A DNA stretch of 63,426 nucleotides, counting the filler, from Octopus bimaculoides (lineage: Eukaryota): the NCBI RefSeq assembly GCF_001194135.2. It is 7 parts of 6 records of this genome, joined end to end, with 100 filler letters (N's around TTAATTAATTAA, not from the genome) between each part and the next. Parts side by side here need not be neighbours in the genome. Positions count along the whole stretch, not along the records: positions 44,357 to 54,083 come from NC_068988.1; positions 54,184 to 60,190 come from NC_068989.1; positions 60,291 to 63,426 come from NC_068983.1; 4 more parts are not named here. The stretch is one strand, 5' to 3'. Each line of letters opens with the position of its first letter. The stretch's first letter is position 1. Of this stretch, positions 50,662 to 63,372 are shown piece after piece. The notes under the pieces are model-generated. The model was not told the DNA's origin, searched no databases, and was given only the letters and a program-made list of their open reading frames with translations. Made by a program: the position numbers and the translations under genes.

Positions 50662-51964
50662 TTGGGTTGGCAACTAAGTTCCCGCCGTTTTTTAAAGTTT
50701 AGATTTTTTAAAAGCTTTGATAAAGAATAACAACTAATTAATCAATAATGTATTCACTCTTGTTGTTTATAACTTTCTCCCAATGTTGAACAAGATTTTC
50801 AATACCTCGTTGGTAAAAATCTCCCGATTTCGACTCGAAAAATTGATCCAACCAAGCTCTCAATTCTTCATCAGTATTGAACGAAACTCCGCGCATAGCA
50901 TTTGAAAGAGATCGAAAGAGGTGGAAATCCATTGGTGCCAAATCAGGAGAGTATGGCGGGTGTGGCAGCACTTCCCAGCCATGAGTTTGAATGGCTTCCT
51001 TGGTCATATTGGCAATATGAGGGTGGGCATTGTTGTGCAGCAGAAGAACTCCATGCTGCCGATTAGGTATTTTCTCTTGAATAGCCGTATTGAGTCGTTC
51101 CATGCATTGAACATAGAATCACTTTGAAGCTATGTTGAACTCCACCCTGTTGACCGTTTGGTTCCGTTCAAGCAATTTGTAATGGATAATCCCTTCCTAG
51201 TCCCACCATACCCACAACATCGTTTTACGCGGATGAAGATCACGCGCGGTGTCGCTTGTTTACTGGGGCTAAGTCATTCCTTACGCTGCTTCATATTGAT
51301 ATACAGGCGCCCTTTTTCGTCACCAGTAACGATTCGGTAAAGAAATCGTTGCTTGTGTCCATGAGTTGAGCGGTGACAAGCAAGCAAACTAGTAGAGATT
51401 GTGGCTTGTTGATTTTTGTTGTCACTTAAAGCATGCGGAACCCATGCATCATACTTTTGAACCTTTCCCATCGAGTGAAGATGCTTCTCTATAGCTGTGT
51501 GGGAGCATTCCATTTTCTCTGCCAGTTCTCTTGGTGTTTGACGAGAATTTTCGTGCAAAAGTTGGTTTAATCGCTCTTCATCGAACTCAACTGGACGGCC
51601 AGAATGAGGTGCGTCTTTGAGGTCAAAATTTTCATTTTTGAACTTGGCATACCAATCACGAGCAATTCTTTCAACTATGGCACTCTCTCCATACACAGCA
51701 CAAATGTAGCGAGCAGCTTTTGAAGCCTTAGAACCTTGATTAAAATGTTCGTTTTTCTTAACTTTACATTCCATTTTAATGATCTGAAAATAAACAAAAA
51801 TTAACCAAAATTAACTAGAAAAAAAAGAAACAAAAAAACAAAATAGATTCCAAAATGATTCAAAAATAGAATTCTCGAAAAAAATAGATTCCAAAATTTA
51901 AAAACACAATCATCATCAAATTCCAAAATTTAAAAATAACAGCGGAACTTAGTTGCCACCCCAA
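50662..51964 (-). mobile_element. Full-length mariner transposon (DD34D), inactivated
   Basis: TIR TTGGGTTGGCAACTAAGTTCCCGCCGTT, a matching right end, TA TSDs, about 1.3 kb. Transposase has WVPHALS, TGDEK, HNN (HDN mutated) and YSPDLAPMDFHLF, and is split across ORFs 51274-51774 and 50738-51103. Confidence 0.95.
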
Positions 51965-51967
51965 TAT

Positions 51968-54055
51968 AATGCACAGCTCACACAAAACATGGATAAATGA
52001 TAAGAGCTCATCCAGAAAAGAGAATGCTTATAAGAAATGCAGAGGCCAGGTCCAACGTGCTCTGAGATGGATGAAGGAGGCTTGGTGGTCTTCCAACGCT
52101 ACTGACCTCCAAGAAGCTGCTGACAGAAAGGATTCTAAAGCCTTTTATGATGGCCCAAGAAAGTGTATGGGCCTCAAGAGCATGGTGTTATTCCTATTTT
52201 TTCATCTACATGAGAGACACTGTTGACTGACAAATCTGACATCTTGAAGCAATGGAAAGATCACTTTGAAGCTATGTTGAACTCCACCTCAATCACTGAT
52301 GATGATGCCATAATGTCTATTCCACAGCACGCTGAAATACTGGATTTGTTTCTGGAACCAACCTTCCTGGAAGTGGTAAATTCTCTTAAACAGATCTCTT
52401 CTGGTAAAGCAGAAATGGCAGAAATGCTGTCCCTCCTGGCAGAAATGCTGTCCCTCCTGAAATCTACAAACATGGTGGACAGAAGCTTTTTAAGAAATTG
52501 CATGAGCTCTTCATAAATATTTGGATGGTAGGCCTTGTACTACAGGACTTCAAGGATGTCGCAAGGAAACAGAAGTATCTGTGATAATCATCATGGGATA
52601 TTACTTCTGTCTATCGCCGGTAAGATTCTTGCTCAACTCATTCTTGACAGGATCATCAAACACATTGTAAATGATATCTATCCAGAATCACCGTGTTGAT
52701 TTCACTCTGGTCATGGCATTATCGACATGAACTTTTCCCTTCGATAGGTCATGGAGAAGATACATGAGAAAAATCAAGAGTTGTTCATGGTATTTTTTGA
52801 CCTTCGACACTCTTAACCAACAAACACTGGAAAGTTCTGAAAAAGCTTGTTGTACTCGACAAGATGTTGAATGTTGTCATCTCCTTTCATGAGGGAATGA
52901 AGGCTGTTGTCATGTCCGTGGGGAATCTTTGGTTTCCTTTGATGTTACAAACGGCACAAAGCAAGATTGTGTTATGGCTCCTGTTTTGTTTGCACTCTTC
53001 TTTTCATACAAAGTGGTGTCAAATTCCAGTTTCGAACAAGTGGTGGATTATTCAATCATCAGTGTTCTAGAACACTGCAATGCACCAGTATCGTCATTCA
53101 TGATCTACTTTTTGCAGATGATGCTGCACTAGTAGTGACCTTCTTAGAGGAAGTTCAGGAACTTCAAGACCAGTTTTTTTGCTGCATGTAAAGCCTTTGG
53201 TTTCACCATCAGCATAAAGAAGACGGAAATAATCCACCAACCTTGCCCTACTCCTAATCAAATTTGAGGTGTCAAGCAGAGGCCACTGGTTCACAATATT
53301 CCTGATACTCCTACACAGGTTGATGGGAAAAACCTAAATAATGTGAAGTTATTTACATATCTCGGTAGTAAAGTGAATTTGTGTGCTTCTCTTGATGATG
53401 AAATCATCAACCATCTTGTAAAAGCAACCAATGCATTTGGCAAACTCTGTCATAGCCTATGGAATGAAAGGGGCATTAAACGTGACACCAAAGTACAGGT
53501 CTATAAAGTTGCCATTCTTACTACTGACTTGTATGGCTCAGAATCATGGATACCCTAACCAACATTAACCAGCATGACATCTTCCACAAAGACTGTCTGA
53601 GGACAATCTACAATTATTCTGGGATGGCAATGTCATCAGAATGAGTGACAAAAGAATACCCAAAGTCCTAATGTACAGTCAGCTTGATAGTGGGCACAGG
53701 ACTGTTGGTTGACCATGGCTCAGATATCAGGACAAGCTGAAGAGTAACCTCTTAGCAATGAAGATAGCTCACAACAACTTTGAGTGAACAAAATGAAGAT
53801 TGTTATGTCAAAATGGTATTAGAAACTTTGTTGCAATCAGCATTAACAAGCTTCGGGGTGCAAGGCAAAGTAGAAAAATGACTGCAAATATACCACGTGT
53901 ACTGACATGTAATCTTTATAATTGCAGGATGTGTGGGTTTTTTTGCAAATCATTGGCCGACTTAAATGTCACATTCAACATAAGCATTATGACTGACAAA
54001 AACAGACTAGGTTGTCGGAGCTTCATATGTCGAAACCAACAGGAGAGTCCATTAT
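51968..54055 (+). mobile_element. RTE-clade LINE, 5'-truncated, heavily decayed
   Basis: HHGILLLSIAGK, KQDCVMAPVLF, DLLFADDAAL, FTYLGS, YGSESW. Confidence 0.85.
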
Positions 54056-55253
54056 ATATATGTATGTATATATATATATATATNNNNNNNNNNNNNNNNN
54101 NNNNNNNNNNNNNNNNNNNNNNNNNNNTTAATTAATTAANNNNNNNNNNNNNNNNNNNNNNNNNNNNNNNNNNNNNNNNNNNNTATATATATATATATAT
54201 GTATATATGGACGCGTTGAACAACAAGAATGAATGCTCAACACAGCATTGGTGGATAAAATTTTTTCATTTGTGTATTAAGGCTACCATTGGTTTCATGT
54301 TCAGAAAAATATCTTAATAATGTAATAATTTTTCACACCGCTCACATGCAGGAATGGCGTTCGTCTCCATTTTGGATGAAAGCACTCGATCGGCTTGAAA
54401 AATTGCTAAGTTATTAAGATATTTTTCTTAACATGAAACCAGTCCTAGATGCTGTGTAGTGGGATCAAACCCCAAACCACATGATTGGTTAGCAAGCCTC
54501 TTAACCACATGACCATGCTTTTATGTGAGTGTGGTTTGAAAATAGAGATTAATAAAATAAATACCAATCTTCAAAATAAGCGCTCGGGTTGATATGGTCG
54601 AGTAAACCTCTGAATAAATTGCTCCAGTATAACCACAGTCCAGTGACTGGCTGTAACTGGTCTGTCGCGCAGTCAGTCATTGCCACTATGACTGTCCATG
54701 GTTTTGGCATGAATCGCTAAGCTTTCTTCATACTGGTTGGTTCTTTTACCTTGAGTTTGTCATTTCCTTGCTTGCTTCTTGTTGTTTTTGCTTCATGCCC
54801 TAGCTTGATGGGGCTGGGGGGTCGTCTCAGTTTAGTGGTCCCAGAGACGTTATCATGCATAGAGCCAACCAGGACTACCATTGCTCCCTATCACAAGCGG
54901 TCCTGTGTCAACCCCTCTGCGTCCTCTGAGACAACCAAGCCTCTCAACATTTGCTTCATATTCCTTTCCGTAGTATCTTTGAATCTCAGTTTTTAGGTCT
55001 TCCATGATTTCTTTTCCCCCTAACATAATTGTAAGTAAAGTCGCTGTCCAGGGAGTCTGCTGTTGTCCATCCTGTGTACGTGAGCCGACCAACTTTAACT
55101 AGTAAAAGAGTAAACTTACAATTACTAAATTTGTTCAGCTCCTATAATTATTATTGCTGTTTATCTCGAGTTCATTTTAAATCTAGCAGAGCAAGATCAA
55201 AGAAACGCATTACATCAATAGCGATGATATCTTTTAGAATATTCTAGTACATA

Positions 55254-55372
55254 GGCGCAGGAGTGGCTGTGTGGTAAGTAGGTTGCTTACCAACCACATG
55301 GTTCTGGGTTCAGTCCCACTGCATGACGCCTTGTTAGTGGATTTGGTAAACAGAAACTGAAAGAAGCCTGTC

Positions 55373-55410
<38 letters not shown>

Positions 55411-55760
55411 TCATTGTTATCGTTATCGTTTAACGGCCACTTTCCATGCTAGCATGGGTTGGATGATTTGACTGAGGACTGGCGAATCAGATGGCTACAC
55501 CAGGCTCCAATCTGATCTGGCAGAGTTTCTACAGCTGGATGCCCTTCCTAACGCCATGTATATGTATATGTTTGTGTGTCTGTGTTTGTACCCCCAACAT
55601 CACTTGACAACCGATGCTGGTGTGTTTACGTCCCTGTAACATAGCGGTTTGGCAAGAGAGATCAATAGAATAAGTACTAGGCTTACAAAGAATAAGTCCT
55701 GGGGTCAGTTTGTTTGACTAACAAATAAAAAACTGAAACAAAGAAAAGACTAAAAGAATA
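55254..55760 (+). mobile_element. SINE family A with a nested opposite-strand repeat at 55408-55556
   Basis: Head GGCGCAGGAGTGGCTGTGTGG, (TA)n, a nested element, then the family A tail. Confidence 0.85.
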
Positions 55761-57594
55761 CTATATTATCCCATGTATTCTTTTCTTATTTTATTTTTAA
55801 ATCTATGATCTATGAGAAATTTAGCTACTCTTTCTAGCAAGTCAAGTAACCATGAAAAGCTTTCCCCTCTTTCCAGTTCCTATAATTTTTATTATGTAGA
55901 GTGAATGTATGTCTGTATGCTTGTTTTCCTCCCATATTCTACTTAACTCTTTATGTTATTATATCTTTGTGAGTTTTCCATTATATCATATTTTTAAAGC
56001 GATTATTCTGAATTTATAATAATACTTTCATCAGTTCTTTATTATTATCATTATTATTATCATTATTATTATTATTATGTTATTATTCTTTTTTTTTTTT
56101 ATTCCCTAGTCAGCATAACTGATTCATTTACTTGATGTCTAACAAAGTTCTTTTCTGTTTTTATTTCTTTTGTAAAGATTAACTTTCATGTCGGAAAGTA
56201 CAAAAAAAAAACAACCCCCCCAAAAAACAAACAATAATCACNNNNNNNNNNNNNNNNNNNNNNNNNNNNNNNNNNNNNNNNNNNNNNNNNNNNNNNNNNN
56301 NNNNNNNNNNNNNNNNNNNNNNNNNNNNNNNNNNNNNNNNNNNNNNNNNNNNNNNNNNNNNNNNNNNNNNNNNNNNNNNNNNNNNNNNNNNNNNNNNNNN
56401 NNNNNNNNNNNNNNNNNNNNNNNNNNNNNNNNNNNNNNNNNNNNNNNNNNNNNNNNNNNNNNNNNNNNNNNNNNNNNNNNNNNNNNNNNNNNNNNNNNNN
56501 NNNNNNNNNNNNNNNNNNNNNNNNNNNNNNNNNNNNNNNNNNNNNNNNNNNNNNNNNNNNNNNNNNNNNNNNNNNNNNNNNNNNNNNNNNNNNNNNNNNN
56601 NNNNNNNNNNNNNNNNNNNNNNNNNNNNNNNNNNNNNNNNNNNNNNNNNNNNNNNNNNNNNNNNNNNNNNNNNNNNNNNNNNNNNNNNNNNNNNNNNNNN
56701 NNNNNNNNNNNNNNNNNNNNNNNNNNNNNNNNNNNNNNNNNNNNNNNNNNNNNNNNNNNNNNNNNNNNNNNNNNNNNNNNNNNNNNNNNNNNNNNNNNNN
56801 NNNNNNNNNNNNNNNNNNNNNNNNNNNNNNNNNNNNNNNNNNNNNNNNNNNNNNNNNNNNNNNNNNNNNNNNNNNNNNNNNNNNNNNNNNNNNNNNNNNN
56901 NNNNNNNNNNNNNNNNNNNNNNNNNNNNNNNNNNNNNNNNNNNNNNNNNNNNNNNNNNNNNNNNNNNNNNNNNNNNNNNNNNNNGGCACTGGCTTGGCCA
57001 CTCTTATCTTTTAACAGCACAATTTCCTTCTTTCAAAACCATGGTAACTTAATGCTAACATTGAATATATAGCAGCGTGCACTGGTCTTGTTCACATTGT
57101 AATTCTTGCCCGCATTGTGTGTGAAAGGAGGTGGCGGTGGCGGCGTCGGCGGCGGTGGTGGTAGTGATGACAGTGGTGGCAGCAGTAGCAGTGAATGGTG
57201 GTGGTGGTGGTGGGGAGAGAGAGAGGAAGAGGTGCAAGGAGGAATAACCAGGATCACCTTAACAGCAGCTGTAAGTGTAGACATACACGTCAACACAATG
57301 CATAAATCCTTCTCTGTGGGACTAATTGTATTTTACTGGTAACAATAGAGAGTGTGAAGTCACATTTTCTAGATAGACTGAAAACAACTATGATAAGAAG
57401 AACAACAATAACTCTTACCACTACCACCACCACCACCATCACCATCACCATCGCCACCACTTCTGCTACTACTACTACTACTACTATTGCCACTACCATT
57501 AATCTATTACAACTTTACAACTATACATTGTATATACTTTGGTGTACTTATAGAGCTTAGATTAAATGTATTGAAGGAATAGGAAAAAAGAATT

Positions 57595-57940
57595 GATGCT
57601 AGATAGATAGACTGATAGATAGATAGATACAGAGAGATAGATAGATAGATAGATATTAGATGGATAAATAGATAGACTGATAGTCAGATAGATACAGAGA
57701 GATAGATAGATAGATAGATAGATACAGATAGAAAGATAGATAGACAGATAGATAGATAGATGGATAGACAGATAGATAGATAGACAGATAGATAGATACA
57801 GACAGATAGATAGACAGATAGATAGATAGATGGATAGACGGATAGATAGATAGATAGATGGACGGACGGACGGACAGATAGATAGATAAATAGACAGACA
57901 GATAGACAGACATAGATAGATAGAGGTATAGATAGATAGT
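57595..57940. repeat. (GATA)n/(GACA)n/(GATG)n compound tetranucleotide microsatellite
   Basis: Read directly from the sequence. Confidence 0.95.
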
Positions 57941-58204
57941 TAAAAGGTGACAGATACGGAATAACGAAAGAAATACATGTACAAAATCAGTGAGAGAGGA
58001 AAGAAAGAAAGAAAAAAGTGTGATCTGATTGTTCTTTCCAATATTTCAATTATATATTATGATCTTAAATAGATCATCTGAAACAACATTGTATCAGTTT
58101 TGAAACATTTTAAAATCAAGTAATGATGTTTCATTCTAACCATTGTTTTTGTTTTTTTTTTGACATTTCATTTGGTCTCTCCTCTTTCCCCCTGCTCCTC
58201 CCAC

Positions 58205-58266
58205 AGCCATCATCCTCATCATCATCATCATCATCCTCATCATCATCATCCTCATCATCATCATCC

Positions 58267-58309
<43 letters not shown>

Positions 58310-58310
58310 T
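58205..58310. repeat. (TCA/TCC)n microsatellite
   Basis: Read directly from the sequence. Confidence 0.95.
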
Positions 58311-59000
58311 ATTGATTCTCATCCTTTCTGGGTCAATAAAATCTGCATCCCTTGAACACTGGGGGTTGATGTAATCAATGAGCCTCCTCCTCCCCTCCCC
58401 TNNNNNNNNNNNNNNNNNNNNNNNNNNNNNNNNNNNNNNNNNNNNNNNNNNNNNNNNNNNNNNNNNNNNNNNNNNNNNNNNNNNNNNNNNNNNNNNNNNN
58501 NNNNNNNNNNNNNNNNNNNNNNNNNNNNNNNNNNNNNNNNNNNNNNNNNNNNNNNNNNNNNNNNNNNNNNNNNNNNNNNNNNNNNNNNNNNNNNNNNNNN
58601 NNNNNNNNNNNNNNNNNNNNNNNNNNNNNNNNNNNNNNNNNNNNNNNNNNNNNNNNNNNNNNNNNNNNNNNNNNNNNNNNNNNNNNNNNNNNNNNNNNNN
58701 NNNNNNNNNNNNNNNNNNNNNNNNNNNNNNNNNNNNNNNNNNNNNNNNNNNNNNNNNNNNNNNNNNNNNNNNNNNNNNNNNNNNNNNNNNNNNNNNNNNN
58801 NNNNNNNNNNNNNNNNNNNNNNNNNNNNNNNNNNNNNNNNNNNNNNNNNNNNNNNNNNNNNNNNNNNNNNNNNNNNNNNNNNNNNNNNNNNNNNNNNNNN
58901 NNNNNNNNNNNNNNNNNNNNNNNNNNNNNNNNNNNNNNNNNNNNNNNNNNNNNNNNNNNNNNNNNNNNNNNNNNNNNNNNNNNNNNNNNNNNNNNNNNNA

Positions 59001-59174
59001 TACTTAGAGGTATTTCGTCTGTCACTTCGTTCTGGGTTCAAATTCCACTGAGGTTGACTTTGCCTTTCATTCTTTTGGGGTCGATAAATTAAGTACCATT
59101 GAAACACTGGGGGTCGAGGTAATTGACTAGTCCCCTCCCCACAAATTTGAGGCCTTGTGCCTCCAGTAGAAAGG

Positions 59175-59203
<29 letters not shown>
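59001..59203 (+). mobile_element. SINE family B, 5' end in a gap
   Basis: GGTTCAAATTCCACTGAGGTTGAC..CCTCCAGTAGAAAGGATTATT(ATT)n. Confidence 0.8.
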
Positions 59204-59207
<4 letters not shown>

Positions 59208-59223
59208 CACTATGCCATATACC

Positions 59224-59430
59224 TATGGCGTAGTGGTTAAGAGCGCGGGCTACTAACCCCAAGATTCCGAGTTCGATTCAAAGCAGTGACCTGAACACTA
59301 ATAATAATAATAATAATAACAACAACATTGAAAAATACCTTAAGAATGAGAACCCAGGTTCGAAATTTCCCCAAAACTCCTGAGGAAGGCTGGAGGGTAT
59401 ATCAGCCGAATCCGTCAAATGTAAATAATA
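59224..59430 (+). mobile_element. tRNA-headed SINE-like element with hammerhead (stem III/I' deleted)
   Basis: Box A TGGCGTAGTGG (59226-59236), box B GTTCGATTC (59271-59279), then (AAT)n. CTGAGGA-A-GGCTG..CAGCC-GAA is fused directly to the tail TCCGTCAAATGTAAAT. Confidence 0.8.
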
Positions 59431-60299
59431 ATAATAATAATTATTATTATTATTATTATTATTATTGTTATTATTCCATTTTTATTAGGCTTTTATCAGG
59501 TTTATTTGAACAAGAGATATATCTTTAGCTGGTGATGATGGTTTTATTATCCATGCTGCAATTCGATGTGAAAATTATATTGCAGATATACATCATGCAT
59601 AAAAGGTACTGCAGGCAAAAGTTAAGATAATGACAAATGTAAACCCGTTTTGTTTAACCTCTAAGTGTAATTTGCTATACTTTGATAAGATGCTTATTAT
59701 TTATGAGGGCATGAGGAAAAGAGGGGTTTGGGAGGAGGAGAAAGAGAGAAAGAGAGATTACTTGTTCGTCTTGTTATAGTGTTTGCAAGTAAAGGGTTAG
59801 TTTATATCGAAAAGAAGTATAAAACATGGGGATTTTGTGTGTTTGAAGCTTCTGTGATGTGTTTTTCTGGTGCTGGTGTCACGTTAGAAGCACTGGTGCT
59901 AGTGTCATTTAAAAAGCGCCCAGTACATTCTGTAAAGTGGTTGGCATCATGAAGGGCATTCAGCTGTAGAAACCAAGCCAAAACAGACAATTGGGGCCTG
60001 GTATGGCCCCTGGCCATGCCAGCTCCTGTCATGCCATCCCCACCCATGTGGTTGGTGATTAAGCTACTTACCACACAGCCACTCCTACTCCAGGTTTGGA
60101 CGGTTTGACAGGAACTGGCAAACCAGAAGATGGTATCAAGCTCTGCTGTGTGATCCTCTTCCTCCTCTTCCTCCTCCTCCTCCTCCTCCCNNNNNNNNNN
60201 NNNNNNNNNNNNNNNNNNNNNNNNNNNNNNNNNNTTAATTAATTAANNNNNNNNNNNNNNNNNNNNNNNNNNNNNNNNNNNNNNNNNNNNATGCTTTAC

Positions 60300-60693
60300 T
60301 ACCGGTCTTGGTTAGCTTGTGCTACCGTAGCTTAGCGAGTTGCCAAATGTGACGATAGAATAAGTATTAAAATTTAAGATATCATTAATTGTGGGGTTGA
60401 CTTGTTCGACAAAAAAAAAAAAAAAAAAAAAAACCGATCGAGAAGGTGTCCCAAAATGAAGGACGCAGTTAAATGACTGAAACAAATAGATTGAGCACTC
60501 CATAGATACGTGTACCCTTAGCGTTGTCCTCGGGGAGTTTCAGCGTGACACAGAGTGTGACAATGCCTGTCCTTTGAAATACAGGTACTACTCATTTTTG
60601 CCAGCTGATTGGACTGGAACAACGTGAAATAAATTGAACTCACGACCTACGACCGTCAGCCGAATACCCTTACCACTAAACCATGCGCCTTCA
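60300..60693 (-). mobile_element. tRNA-derived SINE with a distinct head and body but a family A-like tail
   Basis: Head GTGAAGGCGCATGGTTTAGTGGTAAGGG..GAGTTCAAT; body CCAG..CAGCTGGCAAAAATGAGTAGTACC; tail CAGTTAAATGACTGAAACAA read on the plus strand. Confidence 0.55.
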
Positions 60694-61597
60694 CTGTTAG
60701 CGATTATATATAAAATAAACACCACCTGCACCTTATTTTGTACGTTATCTACAGCGTAATATAAATCTCCCTTAATATTTTCAATAATCTCACCTGTCTT
60801 TCGTGGCTTAAGTGTGTAAATATAATGCTACAGAGCATTATGGCTGTTAACCACTTTAATACGAAGATTAGCTGTTCCTATTTTATATGATCTATCTCTC
60901 GCAGTGGAGAAACTATTTAGCTTTCGTGTAATATAACAATCTGTCTTGAATAGGTGTTAAAGTGAAACTTCATTTTATTCTTTGGAAAATCAAAATTCCT
61001 TACACTCCATCGCTTATGATTGATTATAAAACTGCTGAATGACTTGTGACTCTCCTTGGTTACGTGGCAAGATCAATATAAATGATGTCTTCATTTTGTT
61101 GCAGTATTGTCAAATCAGTTTCATCTGATTCATTATTGCTTCCTACAGATGAACCTTATACAAAATGAGTGTTACCAGCCATAAGATCTTGATATATAGC
61201 AGCCATGTTAACCTCTTCACTATCGCTCTTACGATGAATATTCTAAGCAATCAACATCAACCGCTTGCTGCTGTCTTGATGCTCCATTGAAATTTTATTT
61301 CCATTTCTTGTAATTTCTTCTTAATTGTAATGTAGAAACAGGAATAAGACTCTTTGTTGCTTCACATCTTTGTATTTACTTCCAGCCTCTCGGTTTCAAT
61401 ATTTAATTCCAAATCGACATTGCTGCTATGCTGAGAAAACAAAATAGAGTTATATACTAAAAATTTTATACCTCACCAAAAACGAAACCAACGATGTTAT
61501 TATCATAATACAAACTCCATAATAACCTACTATATTTACAAGGCACAAAGGTTGCGACGTCGCTTTGGTGCCGTGGTTATACATCGTGAAGTTTCGA

Positions 61598-61780
61598 GGC
61601 GGCTAGAGGGTAAAATCGTTAGCATGTCGTCTTTATGTTCTAAGTTCAAATTCTGTTCCGAGGTGGACTTTGACTTTCATTATATAGGAGTCGATGAAAT
61701 AAGTTCCACTTGAGCACTGGGGTCAATGTAATCTCCTGTTCTTCTAAATTTAAGGTCTTATGCCTATAGCAGAAAGAATT
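61598..61780 (+). mobile_element. SINE family B, decayed
   Basis: Same motifs as the other family B copies. Confidence 0.65.
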
Positions 61781-62399
61781 TACAAGACACAAAAGAAAGA
61801 AATTTCTTTTGATTTCATATATATATATATATATGAAATGCTGTTCTCTCCATTCATAGCATACTAGTGCATTCATTATCAAAAGATCATAATATGTGTA
61901 TCGACTAGACTATATTAACATACTTCGATGAATCAGTACTCCAAGAAAAGAGAAAATTAAACCGCTACTGCTGTATATAAATCAGTTATACTTTGAAACT
62001 TCTTCCATTATCTCATTAGCTATGTTTCTTTTAAATTAATTAAAGGTTTACATCTGTGAGGTGGACAGCAAAATTGATCTATATAAATGTAATTGAATTG
62101 CTTTGAAGCTTCTATTACCAGAATTAGGTCTTGTGAATCATAGTGTACGCATTCAGAAAGACGAACGTTCGAAATATACATACGTTTCCTGCGTAACTCA
62201 TTTAAAGACTATATTTTCTGAAGTTTTTTCTGTTTGCAAAATCGCGGCACCGTTGCAACCAGCGCTAATGTTTCTCATACAGGATACCATGCCACTATGG
62301 GTGGGTTGATTGTGAGAGGTGAAATGGTGTGAGACAAATTGCAATGTTTATAGAAAGTTATGGATATTTAAAAAAAAAAAAACTTTCTAAATGTCTTCA

Positions 62400-62538
62400 A
62401 AGCTTGCTTACCAACCACATGATTCTGGGTTTAGTCCCACTGCGTGACACCTTGGGTAAGTGTCTTCTACTATAGCCTTGGGCCGACCAAAGCCTTGTGA
62501 GTAGATTTGGTAGACGGAAACTGAAAAAAGCCCGTCGT

Positions 62539-62606
<68 letters not shown>

Positions 62607-62815
62607 GCATGTATGTGTGTGTATATATGTTTGTGTGTCTATGTTTGTCTCCCCAACATCGCTTGACAACCGATGCTAGTGTGTTTACGTCCCCGTAACT
62701 TAGCGGTTCGGCAAAAGAGACCGATAGAATAAGTACCAGGCTTACAAAGAATAAGTTCTGGGGTCGATTTGCTCGACTAAAGTCAAATGACTGAAACAAG
62801 TAAAAGAGTAAAACA
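62400..62815 (+). mobile_element. SINE family A
   Basis: Body and tail match the other copies; internal (TA)n. Confidence 0.85.
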
Positions 62816-63372
62816 AGAAAATAGAGTAAGTCTTTTAGAAAGAATGTTATGGATGTAAGCTCGATGTTGTTCTCAAATTAATAAGGAAGACAAGAGAGGG
62901 GGGGAAATATTTCGCAAATTTCTTCGACTTCGCATTTGTCAATTTCAGGACCAATTTCCTAGTGACCAACTTAATCAGCCAAATGATCAGACAGGTTTTT
63001 CTACTTATTTCAGTGACCAACAGTTCTAAGAATATTACATTAAACTTAAAAGGTTTATGTTTTACATTTTACTTGTCTCAGTCATTAGTCTGCGGCCATG
63101 TTGGGGTATTTAATGCTTTCTGAAACCTAGTACCAGTTGTCAAGCGGTGGTGAGAGACAACACAGACAATATGTCACACACACACACACACACACGCACA
63201 AACACACACATACATGTACACACACACGCCCACACGCACACACATATACACACACATATATATCTATACCATGGATGCTTTCAGTTTCCGCTTACTAAAT
63301 CCGCTCAAGTTACGGGGACGCAAACACACCAGCATTGGTTGTCAAATGATACTGGGGGGACAAAGAGACATA

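Noticed and set aside
54751-55092. 79-81 aa ORFs of moderate complexity
   Set aside because: No motif I can assign; possibly a retroelement remnant, but unsupported.
1567-59107. Long ORFs in the supplied track containing X runs or dipeptide/homopolymer repeats
   Set aside because: They are artefacts of N gaps and microsatellites ((CA)n, (TA)n, (CT)n, (TAC)n, (GATA)n).
59224-59290. Possible tRNA gene (ACT anticodon-like loop)
   Set aside because: No acceptor stem or T-rich terminator, and it continues into repeat sequence found in several copies; it is a SINE head.
61040-61340. Coding-like minus-strand stretch (SDSEEVNMAAIYQD..)
   Set aside because: Interrupted by stops, with no recognisable family.
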